Source of the DNA: Candidatus Acidiferrales bacterium | GTDB taxonomy: Bacteria > Chloroflexota > Dormibacteria > Aeolococcales > Bog-877 | Length of the DNA: 64,000 nt | Assembly (NCBI GenBank): GCA_035533655.1 | Contig: DATLTJ010000043.1 | Coordinates: forward strand, 1,726 to 65,725 | Direction of reading: 5' to 3' | In this document: positions 55,791-64,000 of the stretch, piece after piece | Layout of the letters: each line of letters starts with the position of its first letter | Position numbering within the stretch: position 1 is the first letter of the stretch | The notes under the pieces: generated by a model | Databases searched by the model: none | What the model was told of the DNA's origin: nothing | What the model saw: the letters and a program-made list of their open reading frames with translations, nothing else | Translations under genes and position numbers: made by a program

Positions 55791-57944
55791 ATGGAAAAGA
55801 CCGTTGTCTCACGTACGTTTGACGGCTCGGAACTAACCCTCGAGACCGGCCGGTTGGCCGGGCAGGCCAACGGGGCCGTGTGGGTACGCCAGGGCGACAC
55901 GGTGGTGCTGGTCACCGCTACCGCCAGCAAGGCACCGAGGCCCGGGATCGACTTCTTCCCTCTCACCTGCGACTACGAAGAGAAGATGTATGCGGTCGGG
56001 CGCATCCCCGGCGCCTTCATGCGTCGCGAGGCCAGGCCTTCGGATGCGGCCATCCTGACCTGCCGGATGATTGACCGGCCGATGCGACCGCTCTTCCCCA
56101 AGGACTTCCGTAATGACGTCCAGATCGTGGCCACCGTGCTCTCCTCCGACCAGGTCCACGATCCGTCCATCCTGGCCTTGATCGGCGCGGGGGTGGCGGT
56201 GGCGATCAGCGACATTCCCCACGACGGCCCGGTGGCCGCGGTCCGGATCGGCCAGTTCGAGGGTCACCTGGTGGAGAACCCCGGCATGCCTGACCTGGAG
56301 CGCAGCCAGCTGGATCTGGTGGTGGCCGGGACCAAGGACTCCCTCAACATGGTGGAGGCCGGGGCGCGCGAGGTTTCGGAGGAGACCCTGGTCGAGGCGC
56401 TGGCCCGCGCCCACGACCGGATCCGCGAGATCATCGCGATGGTCGACGAGCTGGTCGCCAAGGTCGGCAAGCCCAACATGGAATACCCCCGCGTTGGAGT
56501 TCCAGTCGAGATCAAGCAGGCGGTGGCCGAGTCGGCCTCTGGCCGAATTGACCAGGTCTTCCGGGAGGCCGACAAGGCCCAGCGGGACGACCAGGTGGAC
56601 AAGCTCCGGGCTGAGGTGGTGGCCCAGCTGACCCCGCGTTTCCCCGATCGCGCCGGCGACATCGGCGGCGCCTTCGAATCGGTATTGAAGTCGGCGGTCC
56701 GCAAGGCGATCCTGGAGCAGGGGCTGCGTCCGGACGGCCGTCGTACCGACGAGATCCGTCCGATCTGGTGTGAGGTCGGGACGCTGCCTCGCGCGCACGG
56801 CAGCGCCATCTTCACCAGGGGCCAGACCCAGGCTCTCTCGGTCGTCACCCTGGGCACCATGTCCGACCGCCAAAGGCTGGATGGCTTGGGTCTGGAGGAC
56901 TTCAAGCGCTACATGCATCACTACAACTTTCCGCCCTATTCGGTGGGCGAGGCTCGACCTCTGCGCTCTCCGGGACGGCGCGAGATCGGGCACGGGGCGC
57001 TGGCGGAGCGTGCCGTCAAGGTGATGGTGCCGCCCGCCGACGACTTCCCCTACGTGATCAGGATCGTGAGCGAGATCCTCTCCAGCAACGGCAGCACCTC
57101 GATGGCCAGCGTCTGTGGCAGCACCCTGGCCCTGATGGACGCCGGCGTGCCGCTGGCGGCGCCGGTCGGCGGCATCGCCATGGGCTTGGTGACCGACGAG
57201 AACGATCCCAGTCGTTATGCCATCCTCTCGGACATTCAGGGGATGGAGGATGCCCTCGGCGACATGGACTTCAAGGTGGCGGGAACCCGGCGTGGGGTCA
57301 CCGCCCTGCAGATGGACATGAAGGCCCGCGGGCTCAGCTCCGACCTCTTCCGGAAGGCGCTCGAGCAGGCTCGCCAGGGTCGGCTCCACATTCTCGACAA
57401 GATGGCGGAGGCGATCGCCACGCCCCGGCAGGCGATGTCCACCTACGCGCCCCGGATCACCACCATCCAGATCCATCCCGACAAGATCCGCGATCTGATC
57501 GGGCCCGGCGGCAAGACCATCCGGCGGATCCAGGAGGAGACCGGCTGCCAGATCGACATCGAGGACGACGGCAAGGTCGCCCTGGCGACGGTGGACGAGG
57601 AGGCGATGCAGCGGGCGGTGGCGATGATCCGGGACCTGACCGAGTCCGTCGAGGTCGGCCGGATCTACAAGGGCAAGGTGGTCCGGATCATGCCGTTTGG
57701 AGCCTTCGTCGAGATCCTGCCCCGGCAGGACGGCCTGGTTCATATCTCCCAACTGGCCGATCAGCGAGTTGGCAAGGTGGAGGACGTGGTCAATATCGGC
57801 GATGAGATCATGGTCAAGGTGACCGAGATCGACGACCGAGGCCGGGTGAACCTCTCCCGCAAGCAGGCCATCCTGGAGCTGGCCAGCGGGGCCGCGCCGG
57901 GTGGCAACGGCACTCCGACTGGTGAGCGGCCGCCGGGTAGCTGA
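55791..57944 (+). CDS. pnp: Polyribonucleotide nucleotidyltransferase (PNPase)
   Basis: Two RNase PH domains plus KH (GPGGKTIRRIQEETG) and S1 (GKVVRIMPFGAFVEI) domains. Confidence 0.95.
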   Translation: MEKTVVSRTFDGSELTLETGRLAGQANGAVWVRQGDTVVLVTATASKAPRPGIDFFPLTCDYEEKMYAVGRIPGAFMRREARPSDAAILTCRMIDRPMRPLFPKDFRNDVQIVATVLSSDQVHDPSILALIGAGVAVAISDIPHDGPVAAVRIGQFEGHLVENPGMPDLERSQLDLVVAGTKDSLNMVEAGAREVSEETLVEALARAHDRIREIIAMVDELVAKVGKPNMEYPRVGVPVEIKQAVAESASGRIDQVFREADKAQRDDQVDKLRAEVVAQLTPRFPDRAGDIGGAFESVLKSAVRKAILEQGLRPDGRRTDEIRPIWCEVGTLPRAHGSAIFTRGQTQALSVVTLGTMSDRQRLDGLGLEDFKRYMHHYNFPPYSVGEARPLRSPGRREIGHGALAERAVKVMVPPADDFPYVIRIVSEILSSNGSTSMASVCGSTLALMDAGVPLAAPVGGIAMGLVTDENDPSRYAILSDIQGMEDALGDMDFKVAGTRRGVTALQMDMKARGLSSDLFRKALEQARQGRLHILDKMAEAIATPRQAMSTYAPRITTIQIHPDKIRDLIGPGGKTIRRIQEETGCQIDIEDDGKVALATVDEEAMQRAVAMIRDLTESVEVGRIYKGKVVRIMPFGAFVEILPRQDGLVHISQLADQRVGKVEDVVNIGDEIMVKVTEIDDRGRVNLSRKQAILELASGAAPGGNGTPTGERPPGS

Positions 57945-58596
57945 GCTGGCCCAGGAGTCGACGTTAGGGGCGCAGGCCCGCCTGGAGGTGATCGCCTCCC
58001 AGGTCCAGGCCTGCGTCCTCTGCCCCCTCCATCTCACGCGGACCCAGGGGGTTCCTGGCACAGGTCCGGCCACGGCCCGAGTGCTGGCGGTGGGCGAGGC
58101 CCCAGGCGAGAGTGAGGACCGGGAGGGCCGCCCGTTCGTGGGGGCGGCCGGCCGGTTGCTCACGCAACTCCTTGAGGAGATTGGGCTGAGCCGAGAGGAC
58201 ATCTTCATCACCAACGTCCTGAAGTCCCGGCCCCCAGGCAATCGAGACCCTCAGCCCGAGGAGGTAATGGCCTGCGCTCCTTATCTGGATGCCCAGATCG
58301 ATGTTTTGCAGCCGGAGGTCATTCTGCTGCTGGGCCGACACGCGCTCCAGCGGCTCCTGCCCGAGGCCCCGGGGATCTCCCGGGCCCACGGCACCCTGAT
58401 CCACCAAGGCCCAAGGACCTACATGCCCTGCTACCACCCGGCCGCCGCCCTGTACAACGGCGGTCTGCTGGGGACTCTGCGCCAGGACTTCCAGCGGCTC
58501 AAGGCTCATCTGGAGCAGGCCGCGCCGAGACCGGCGCCAGCTCGCCTGGAGCAGCCAAACCCAGTGTCGCCGGACGAGCAGCTTGGCCTCTTCTAG
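57901..58596 (+). CDS. Uracil-DNA glycosylase, family 4
   Basis: C.LC.L...R...VPG.G...A.VL.VGEAPG..ED..G.PFVG.AG.LL motif. Start uncertain; overlaps the pnp 3' end. Confidence 0.8.
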   Translation: MATALRLVSGRRVAELAQESTLGAQARLEVIASQVQACVLCPLHLTRTQGVPGTGPATARVLAVGEAPGESEDREGRPFVGAAGRLLTQLLEEIGLSREDIFITNVLKSRPPGNRDPQPEEVMACAPYLDAQIDVLQPEVILLLGRHALQRLLPEAPGISRAHGTLIHQGPRTYMPCYHPAAALYNGGLLGTLRQDFQRLKAHLEQAAPRPAPARLEQPNPVSPDEQLGLF

Positions 58597-60277
58597 CGGC
58601 GCGCTGAGGTCAGCCGCGGGGGACTTCCTGGCCGAGCCCGCCCCTGACACCCTGCGGTTCATTCCCCTGGGTGGGGTAGGGGAGATCGGCAAGAACCTGG
58701 CCCTGCTCGAGGCGGGCTCCGACGTGGTGGTGATCGACGCCGGGCTGGCGTTCCCCGAGCAGGAGAGGCCGGGAATCGACGTGGTCCTGCCGGACATCTC
58801 GTTCCTGCGGACCAGGCTCACACGCCTGCGCGCTGTTCTCCTCACCCATGGCCACGAGGACCACATCGGCGCTCTGCCCTTCTATCTGAAGGAACTCAAC
58901 GTCCCGGTCTACGGCACACGAATGACCATCGGGCTACTGCGCAACAAGCTAGCACGGCGCGGTTTCGCCGGTCACGCGGTCCTCCGGGAGGCCGGGCTGG
59001 GCGAGCCCTTCCAAGTGGGGCAGTTGACCGTCGAGCTCTTCCACATGACCCACAGCGTGCCCGGCAGCTGCGGGCTGGCGATTAACACTCCAGCCGGGCT
59101 GGTCGTGCACACCGGCGACTTCAAACTGGACCAGACCCCAGTCGGGGGGATGGTGCCGGACCTCGGGCGGCTCAGCCACCTGGGCCGCCAGGGTGTCCGG
59201 CTGCTACTCAGCGACAGCACCAATGCCACCGTCGGCGGCCTGACGCCATCGGAGATGACCGTTCGACCGGCCTTGCGTCGGGCCCTGGAGGATTCGCCGG
59301 GCCGGGTTCTGGTGGTCACCTTCGCCAGCAATCTGGCGCGCATGCGCCAGACGTTGGAGCTGGCCGAGACCGCCGGCCGTCGCTGCTGCCTGGTGGGCCG
59401 CAGCATGCTTCGCAACGTCGACACCGCCCGCGAACTGGGTTACCTGCAGATCAGGCCCGGGCTCCTGGCGGCGCCCCGGGAACTGGCTAGCATCCTCCCC
59501 AAGCAGCTGTGCCTGCTGGCGACCGGCTCCCAAGGCGAGCCGCTGGCGGCATTGAGCCGGATTGCCGCCGGCACCCATCCCTTCATCAGGCTCCGCGACG
59601 ACGACACCGTCGTCCTGGCGGCCAATCCCATCCCGGGCAACGAGGCGACAGTCGGCCGGATCGTGAACCAGCTGGTGGAGCGCGGCGTCCGAGTGCTGGC
59701 CGGCAGCGCCTCCGGAGTGCACGCCAGCGGTCACGCGGCCGGGGAGGAGCTGCGGTTCCTACTTGAGGTGGTGAGGCCCCAGTACTTCATCCCGGTGCAT
59801 GGCGAACCGCGCCATCTGGCAGCTCATGCTCAGCTGGCCCGCGAGGTGGGGCTGGCTCCGGAGAAGATCGCGGTGATGGAGAACGGGACGGTGGCCGAGG
59901 TCTCCCCGGGTGAGCTACTGGTCAAGGGAAGCGTGAGCGTGGGCTCGGTTCCGGTCGACGCTGAGGGCAAGAGCTTCGGGGTGGGGGAGCCCGCCCGGCT
60001 CTCTAGCCAGCAGCTGGTGGTGGTGTCGGTGACCATGGATCGGGCCCTGCGCAAGCTGGTGGCGGGGCCCGAGACGGTCGTGGTGGGCGAGGCGGAGTCA
60101 GAGGATCGGCGTCTGGTCGACGAGGGCCGCGCCAAGGTCCGCCAGGCCGTCCGGCACCGCCGCGAGTTCCGAGACGCTGGGGAGGTTCGCCGGGCGGTGG
60201 GGTCGACGATGGAAGAGCATCTTGCGGCAGGCGGCTCGTGGCGCCCCCGGGTGGTCGCCGTCGTCAGCCTGATCTGA
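58583..60277 (+). CDS. rnj: Ribonuclease J
   Basis: RFIPLGGVGEIGKN and THGHEDHIGALP metallo-beta-lactamase/beta-CASP motifs. Confidence 0.9.
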   Translation: MASSSGALRSAAGDFLAEPAPDTLRFIPLGGVGEIGKNLALLEAGSDVVVIDAGLAFPEQERPGIDVVLPDISFLRTRLTRLRAVLLTHGHEDHIGALPFYLKELNVPVYGTRMTIGLLRNKLARRGFAGHAVLREAGLGEPFQVGQLTVELFHMTHSVPGSCGLAINTPAGLVVHTGDFKLDQTPVGGMVPDLGRLSHLGRQGVRLLLSDSTNATVGGLTPSEMTVRPALRRALEDSPGRVLVVTFASNLARMRQTLELAETAGRRCCLVGRSMLRNVDTARELGYLQIRPGLLAAPRELASILPKQLCLLATGSQGEPLAALSRIAAGTHPFIRLRDDDTVVLAANPIPGNEATVGRIVNQLVERGVRVLAGSASGVHASGHAAGEELRFLLEVVRPQYFIPVHGEPRHLAAHAQLAREVGLAPEKIAVMENGTVAEVSPGELLVKGSVSVGSVPVDAEGKSFGVGEPARLSSQQLVVVSVTMDRALRKLVAGPETVVVGEAESEDRRLVDEGRAKVRQAVRHRREFRDAGEVRRAVGSTMEEHLAAGGSWRPRVVAVVSLI

Positions 60278-60284
60278 AGGTCTG

Positions 60285-61508
60285 GTGAGAGTCGGGCGGC
60301 GCCAGCTACCAAGCGGTGCGTCAGCCATTCTGGTCCTGGCGATATGCGCCGGAGCAGCGATCCAGCTGGAGCGACCGGTTCCCGCTCCCGTCTTCCACCG
60401 TGAGTTGGCCAGCTCTTACACCGACCCGGGCAACCCCGCCTCGCTCCCCTGGCCGACCGCGGGCCAGGCCGCCCTATACCTGACTCGGTTTGGGTGGCTG
60501 GGCTCGACCGCAAGTGAGGTTTCGGTGCCGATCGCCAGTGTCACCAAGATCATGACCGCCCTCGTCATCCTCCGGACCCACCCGCTGACCGTGGGGATGT
60601 CCGGGCCCACGATCGGCGTCTCCGCCACCGCCTACTCCGTTTATCAGAGCGAGCTGGCGGCAGGCGACTCCGTGGTTCGGGTGGAGGCGGGCGAGACCCT
60701 GAGTGAATTCCAGTTGCTGGAGGGACTGTTGCTACCGTCGGGGGACAACCTGGCGGTAATTCTGGCCGACTGGCAGTCGGGATCGGAACCAGCCTTCGTC
60801 CAGCTGATGAACCAACTGGCGTCTGCCTTGCACCTCACCCAGACCCACTTCACCGACAGCAGCGGATTGGACACCGGTAGCGTCAGTTCCGCCCGTGATC
60901 TGGTGTTGCTCGCCACCGTGGCGATGAAGAACCCCGTCTTCGCGGCCGTGGTGGCGATGCCGAGCGTGACTCTGCCCGTGGCGGGCACGGTCCGCAATTA
61001 CAACCCGATCCTGGGCCAATACGGGGTCATCGGCATCAAGACGGGCTGGACCTCGGCGGCGATGGGCTGCTTGGTCTTCGCCGCCAACGTGACCGTTGCC
61101 GGGCAGTCGGTCCAGTTGATCGGTGCCGTGCTCGGCCAACCCGGCGGTCCCCAATCCGGTCTGGTGGCAGCGGGACGGGTCGCGACCGCCCTCCTCGCCG
61201 CCGGCGCGGGGGAGTTGCAACCGCTCCGCCTACCGGCGAGGGACACCCTGGTTGGGCGCGTTACCTCCGGCTGGGCGGGGCAGATCAATCTTCAGGTGAC
61301 TCGCAGCATCTCACTGGTTGGGGCCGCCGGGGCGGAGCTGGGTCTGCGTCTCCAACTGCGTCGGCGGCGGACTCCTTGGATTCGCGGTGCGGAAGTGGGA
61401 TCCCTCACGGTCACCACCCCGGGCGGATTCCGTTGGCAAGAGCCCGTCGTGGTGACCCGGAAACTGGCTGCTCCCAGCTGGTGGTGGCGGCTTACCCGGC
61501 CCTTTTAA
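60285..61508 (+). CDS. D-alanyl-D-alanine carboxypeptidase (serine peptidase S11, PBP5-like)
   Basis: SVTK (SxxK), PSGDN (SxN) and KTGWT (KTG) motifs. Confidence 0.8.
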   Translation: MRVGRRQLPSGASAILVLAICAGAAIQLERPVPAPVFHRELASSYTDPGNPASLPWPTAGQAALYLTRFGWLGSTASEVSVPIASVTKIMTALVILRTHPLTVGMSGPTIGVSATAYSVYQSELAAGDSVVRVEAGETLSEFQLLEGLLLPSGDNLAVILADWQSGSEPAFVQLMNQLASALHLTQTHFTDSSGLDTGSVSSARDLVLLATVAMKNPVFAAVVAMPSVTLPVAGTVRNYNPILGQYGVIGIKTGWTSAAMGCLVFAANVTVAGQSVQLIGAVLGQPGGPQSGLVAAGRVATALLAAGAGELQPLRLPARDTLVGRVTSGWAGQINLQVTRSISLVGAAGAELGLRLQLRRRRTPWIRGAEVGSLTVTTPGGFRWQEPVVVTRKLAAPSWWWRLTRPF

Positions 61509-61604
61509 GCGAGCAGATGTGCGGTCCCGCTGCTAGACTGCGGCCAGCGGGTGGCAATACCGCTTCCGCTCCTTCCCATCCCACCCATGTCAACGCCTTC
61601 ATAG

Positions 61605-63917
61605 ATGGCGAAAACGAAGCGGCGCCGAGCGCCGAGACCGCGGGCGACCACTCCCCGACGGAGACCGTCGACCAGTAGGGGCGGTCGCCAAGCCGGCTCC
61701 GTGCTGCGCCTAAAGTCAACCCAGCAGCGAGAGTTAGGCGGCATCTCCGCGATCGCGGTGGGGCTGATCTGGATGATTCTGCTGGCCTTCCCGCAGGCTC
61801 GGGTTGCCCTGGACTTCGGCCGGGTGATTGCGTCGGCGGTCGGGGTGGGTGGCTGGATCATCGGGGTGGCGCTGGTGGTGGGTGGGATCGGGCTGCTGGC
61901 CTCCCGGACCTCGGAACGCAGCGGTGGTCAGGTGCTGGTTGCGCTAGTGGTTTCGGCGGTCGCCGCGATCTCCATGGCTGCGACCGTGCACGCGGGCAGC
62001 GGCGGAGCTCTGGGCGGGGCGATCGGTCCCCGGCTGGTCTCCTGGGTCGGGGCACCGGCAACTCTGGTCGCGCTCGCCGGGCTGGCGCTGGCGGGGTTAA
62101 TTGTCGGCCTGGAGATCTACCCGTCCCGAGTCTCGGCCCTCGCCCTGACCCGAATGGGGGATGCCGCCTTCCGGGCCTTCTCGCCCGGCAGCTCGCCGCG
62201 GAGCTCCACTAGACCAGCAGCCGCGACGACCCCGGCGCCCCAGGCGCAGTGGGGGGGCGTGGGGCCGGTGTCCTCGGAGCCTGACTCGTCGAGCGTGGGG
62301 GAGGACGAGGTTGCCCCCGAGGCGTTCCAGCGCATCTTTGAGGGCCTGGACGTGGAGGAACCGGACCAAATCGCCCTGGCGGCGCCGGCGGCGGCGGTCG
62401 AGGTTGGAGGAACCCCGGTTGGGACCGGGGAACCGGCGGTGGTCCTGGACCTCGCCGAGGAGCTGGACGAGGAGCCCGAGCCCAACTGGGTCCTCCCCAG
62501 CGTCGATCTACTGGACTCGGCGAACGGCAAGCGGGAGCGGCTGCGGGACGAGATTCGGAGCCGGATCCGGACGATCGAGTCCACCCTGGGCAACTTCGGC
62601 GTGCAGTGCAAGGTGATGGGGGTGAATGCCGGACCTACGGTGACTCAGTACGAACTCCAGCCGGCCCCGGGGGTCCCGGTCCGCAAGGTCCTGGCCTACC
62701 AGCCGGACCTCTCGATGGCGCTGGCGGCTCCGATTCGGATCCAGGCGCCGATCCCGGGGAAGTCGGCGATCGGTATCGAGGTGCCCAACAAGGCGGCGCA
62801 GCTGGTGACCCTGAAAGAGGTCGTGCAGGCCCCGACCTTCAATAGCGTCAAGAGCAAGCTGGCGATGGCGCTGGGCGCGGACGTCAGCGGTCATCCAGTC
62901 CTAGGCGATCTGGCCGGCATGCCCCACCTGCTCATCGCAGGTACCACCGGGTCCGGCAAGAGCGTCTGTATCAACGCGGTGCTGGCTGGGCTCCTACTGC
63001 AGTCCACCCCGCGCGACCTGCGGCTCATCCTGGTCGACCCCAAGCGGGTCGAGCTCAGCAACTTCTCGGGGCTGCCCCACCTCTTGGTGCCGGTCGTGGT
63101 CGACGCCGATCCCGCGGTGGCGACGCTGCGCTGGGCGGTGATGGAGATGGAGCAGCGCTACAAGCTGTTCGCCGGCCACGGTGCCCGCAACATCACCAAC
63201 TTCAATGAGCGGGCGCCCCAGCTGGGGCTGCGGACCCTGCCAAAGATCGTGATCGTGATCGACGAGCTGGCCGACCTGATGATGGTGGCGGCCAACGAGA
63301 TCGAGGATCTGATCTGCCGGATCGCCCAGCTGGCCCGCGCGGTGGGCATTCACCTGATCGTGGCCACCCAGCGCCCCTCCGCCGACATCATCACCGGCCT
63401 GATCAAGGCCAACATCCCCTCCCGGATCGCCTTTGCGGTAAGCAGCGGCGTCGACTCCCGGGTGATCTTGGACGAGATGGGAGCGGAGAAGCTGCTGGGA
63501 CGGGGCGACATGCTCTACCTGCCGATCGACGCGGGCAAGGCGGTCCGACTCCAGGGGGCCTACGTGTCCGACCGCGAACTGGACCAACTGATCGGCTGGT
63601 GGAAAGCCCAGGGCCGGCCGCACTACCAGGAGGAGATCCTCCTGGCTGCGGCGCTGGCGCCCAGCCATGGCGACCCCGCGCTCAAGCGCGACTCCCTCTT
63701 CGAGCGAGCGGGCCGGATCGTGATCGGGGAGCAGCGGGGAGCTGCTTCGCTTTTGCAGCGCAAGCTCAACGTTGGCTACACGAGAGCAGCTCGCCTGGTC
63801 GACCAGTTGTCGGACGCTCGGGTAGTGGGGCCCTACGAGGGAAGCAAGTCCCGCGAGGTGCTGATGAACTTGGCCGAGTTTGAGCAGATGCTCGACTCCA
63901 GCGAGGACGGCGACTAG
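61605..63917 (+). CDS. ftsK: DNA translocase FtsK
   Basis: N-terminal TM helices, Pro/Ala-rich linker, motor domain (HLLIAGTTGSGKSV, IVIVIDELADLMM, ATQRPS) and C-terminal gamma wHTH (SLLQRKLNVGYTRAARLVDQL). Confidence 0.95.
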   Translation: MAKTKRRRAPRPRATTPRRRPSTSRGGRQAGSVLRLKSTQQRELGGISAIAVGLIWMILLAFPQARVALDFGRVIASAVGVGGWIIGVALVVGGIGLLASRTSERSGGQVLVALVVSAVAAISMAATVHAGSGGALGGAIGPRLVSWVGAPATLVALAGLALAGLIVGLEIYPSRVSALALTRMGDAAFRAFSPGSSPRSSTRPAAATTPAPQAQWGGVGPVSSEPDSSSVGEDEVAPEAFQRIFEGLDVEEPDQIALAAPAAAVEVGGTPVGTGEPAVVLDLAEELDEEPEPNWVLPSVDLLDSANGKRERLRDEIRSRIRTIESTLGNFGVQCKVMGVNAGPTVTQYELQPAPGVPVRKVLAYQPDLSMALAAPIRIQAPIPGKSAIGIEVPNKAAQLVTLKEVVQAPTFNSVKSKLAMALGADVSGHPVLGDLAGMPHLLIAGTTGSGKSVCINAVLAGLLLQSTPRDLRLILVDPKRVELSNFSGLPHLLVPVVVDADPAVATLRWAVMEMEQRYKLFAGHGARNITNFNERAPQLGLRTLPKIVIVIDELADLMMVAANEIEDLICRIAQLARAVGIHLIVATQRPSADIITGLIKANIPSRIAFAVSSGVDSRVILDEMGAEKLLGRGDMLYLPIDAGKAVRLQGAYVSDRELDQLIGWWKAQGRPHYQEEILLAAALAPSHGDPALKRDSLFERAGRIVIGEQRGAASLLQRKLNVGYTRAARLVDQLSDARVVGPYEGSKSREVLMNLAEFEQMLDSSEDGD

Positions 63918-63933
63918 CCGCTACGCTTGGCGC

Positions 63934-64000
63934 GTGGCCAGTAATGAACACTCCTTCGACGTGGTCTCCGACTTCGAACGCCAGGAGCTGGTGAACGCGG
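63934..64000 (+). CDS. YajQ (UPF0234) family nucleotide-binding protein, 5' fragment running off the window
   Basis: A GTG-initiated frame gives VASNEHSFDVVSDFERQELVNA, resembling the YajQ N-terminus (PSFDIVSE...QE..NA). Confidence 0.45.
   Translation, partial: MASNEHSFDVVSDFERQELVNA

Overview
High-GC (about 65-70%) bacterial chromosomal window, gene-dense and dominated by core metabolism. Gene content (RNase J, DUF3090, an actinobacterial-type Sdh layout, frequent GTG/TTG starts) suggests Actinomycetota, Chloroflexota or a related lineage, but I cannot place it more precisely. Left to right: a PIG-L deacetylase / GH-like / ICMT-like trio; a MetE-like methyltransferase; an SPFH-NfeD pair; a frameshifted EthD gene; aldose epimerase-zwf-gnd-HAD (pentose phosphate); a small accessory-looking patch (HTH, an interrupted ORF, SRPBCC-ArsR, an ABC-F relic) next to tRNA-Gly; a complete 14-subunit complex I locus (nuoA-N), split between nuoD and nuoE by an antisense flippase-like gene; a GT2 / epimerase / GT39 envelope-glycosylation module; ppa, mdh and an Sdh/Frd locus whose flavoprotein and Fe-S subunits are fused in one 884-aa ORF; tRNA-Arg, plsC, an FKBP lipoprotein, DUF3090, GH15; tRNA-Ser; a gltB-gltD-amt nitrogen-assimilation block; tRNA-Ser, tadA, tRNA-His; then rpsO-pnp-udg-rnj-dac-ftsK and the start of a yajQ-like gene. 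I see no CRISPR array, integrase, transposase, or recognisable defence or toxin system. The best candidate for something undescribed is the structured leader upstream of gltB, which has a promoter and an intrinsic terminator. The SdhA-SdhB fusion and the split nuo locus come next. Most long ORFs antisense to recognised genes are GC-driven artefacts. All calls rest on reading the translations and sequence by eye; no searches were run.
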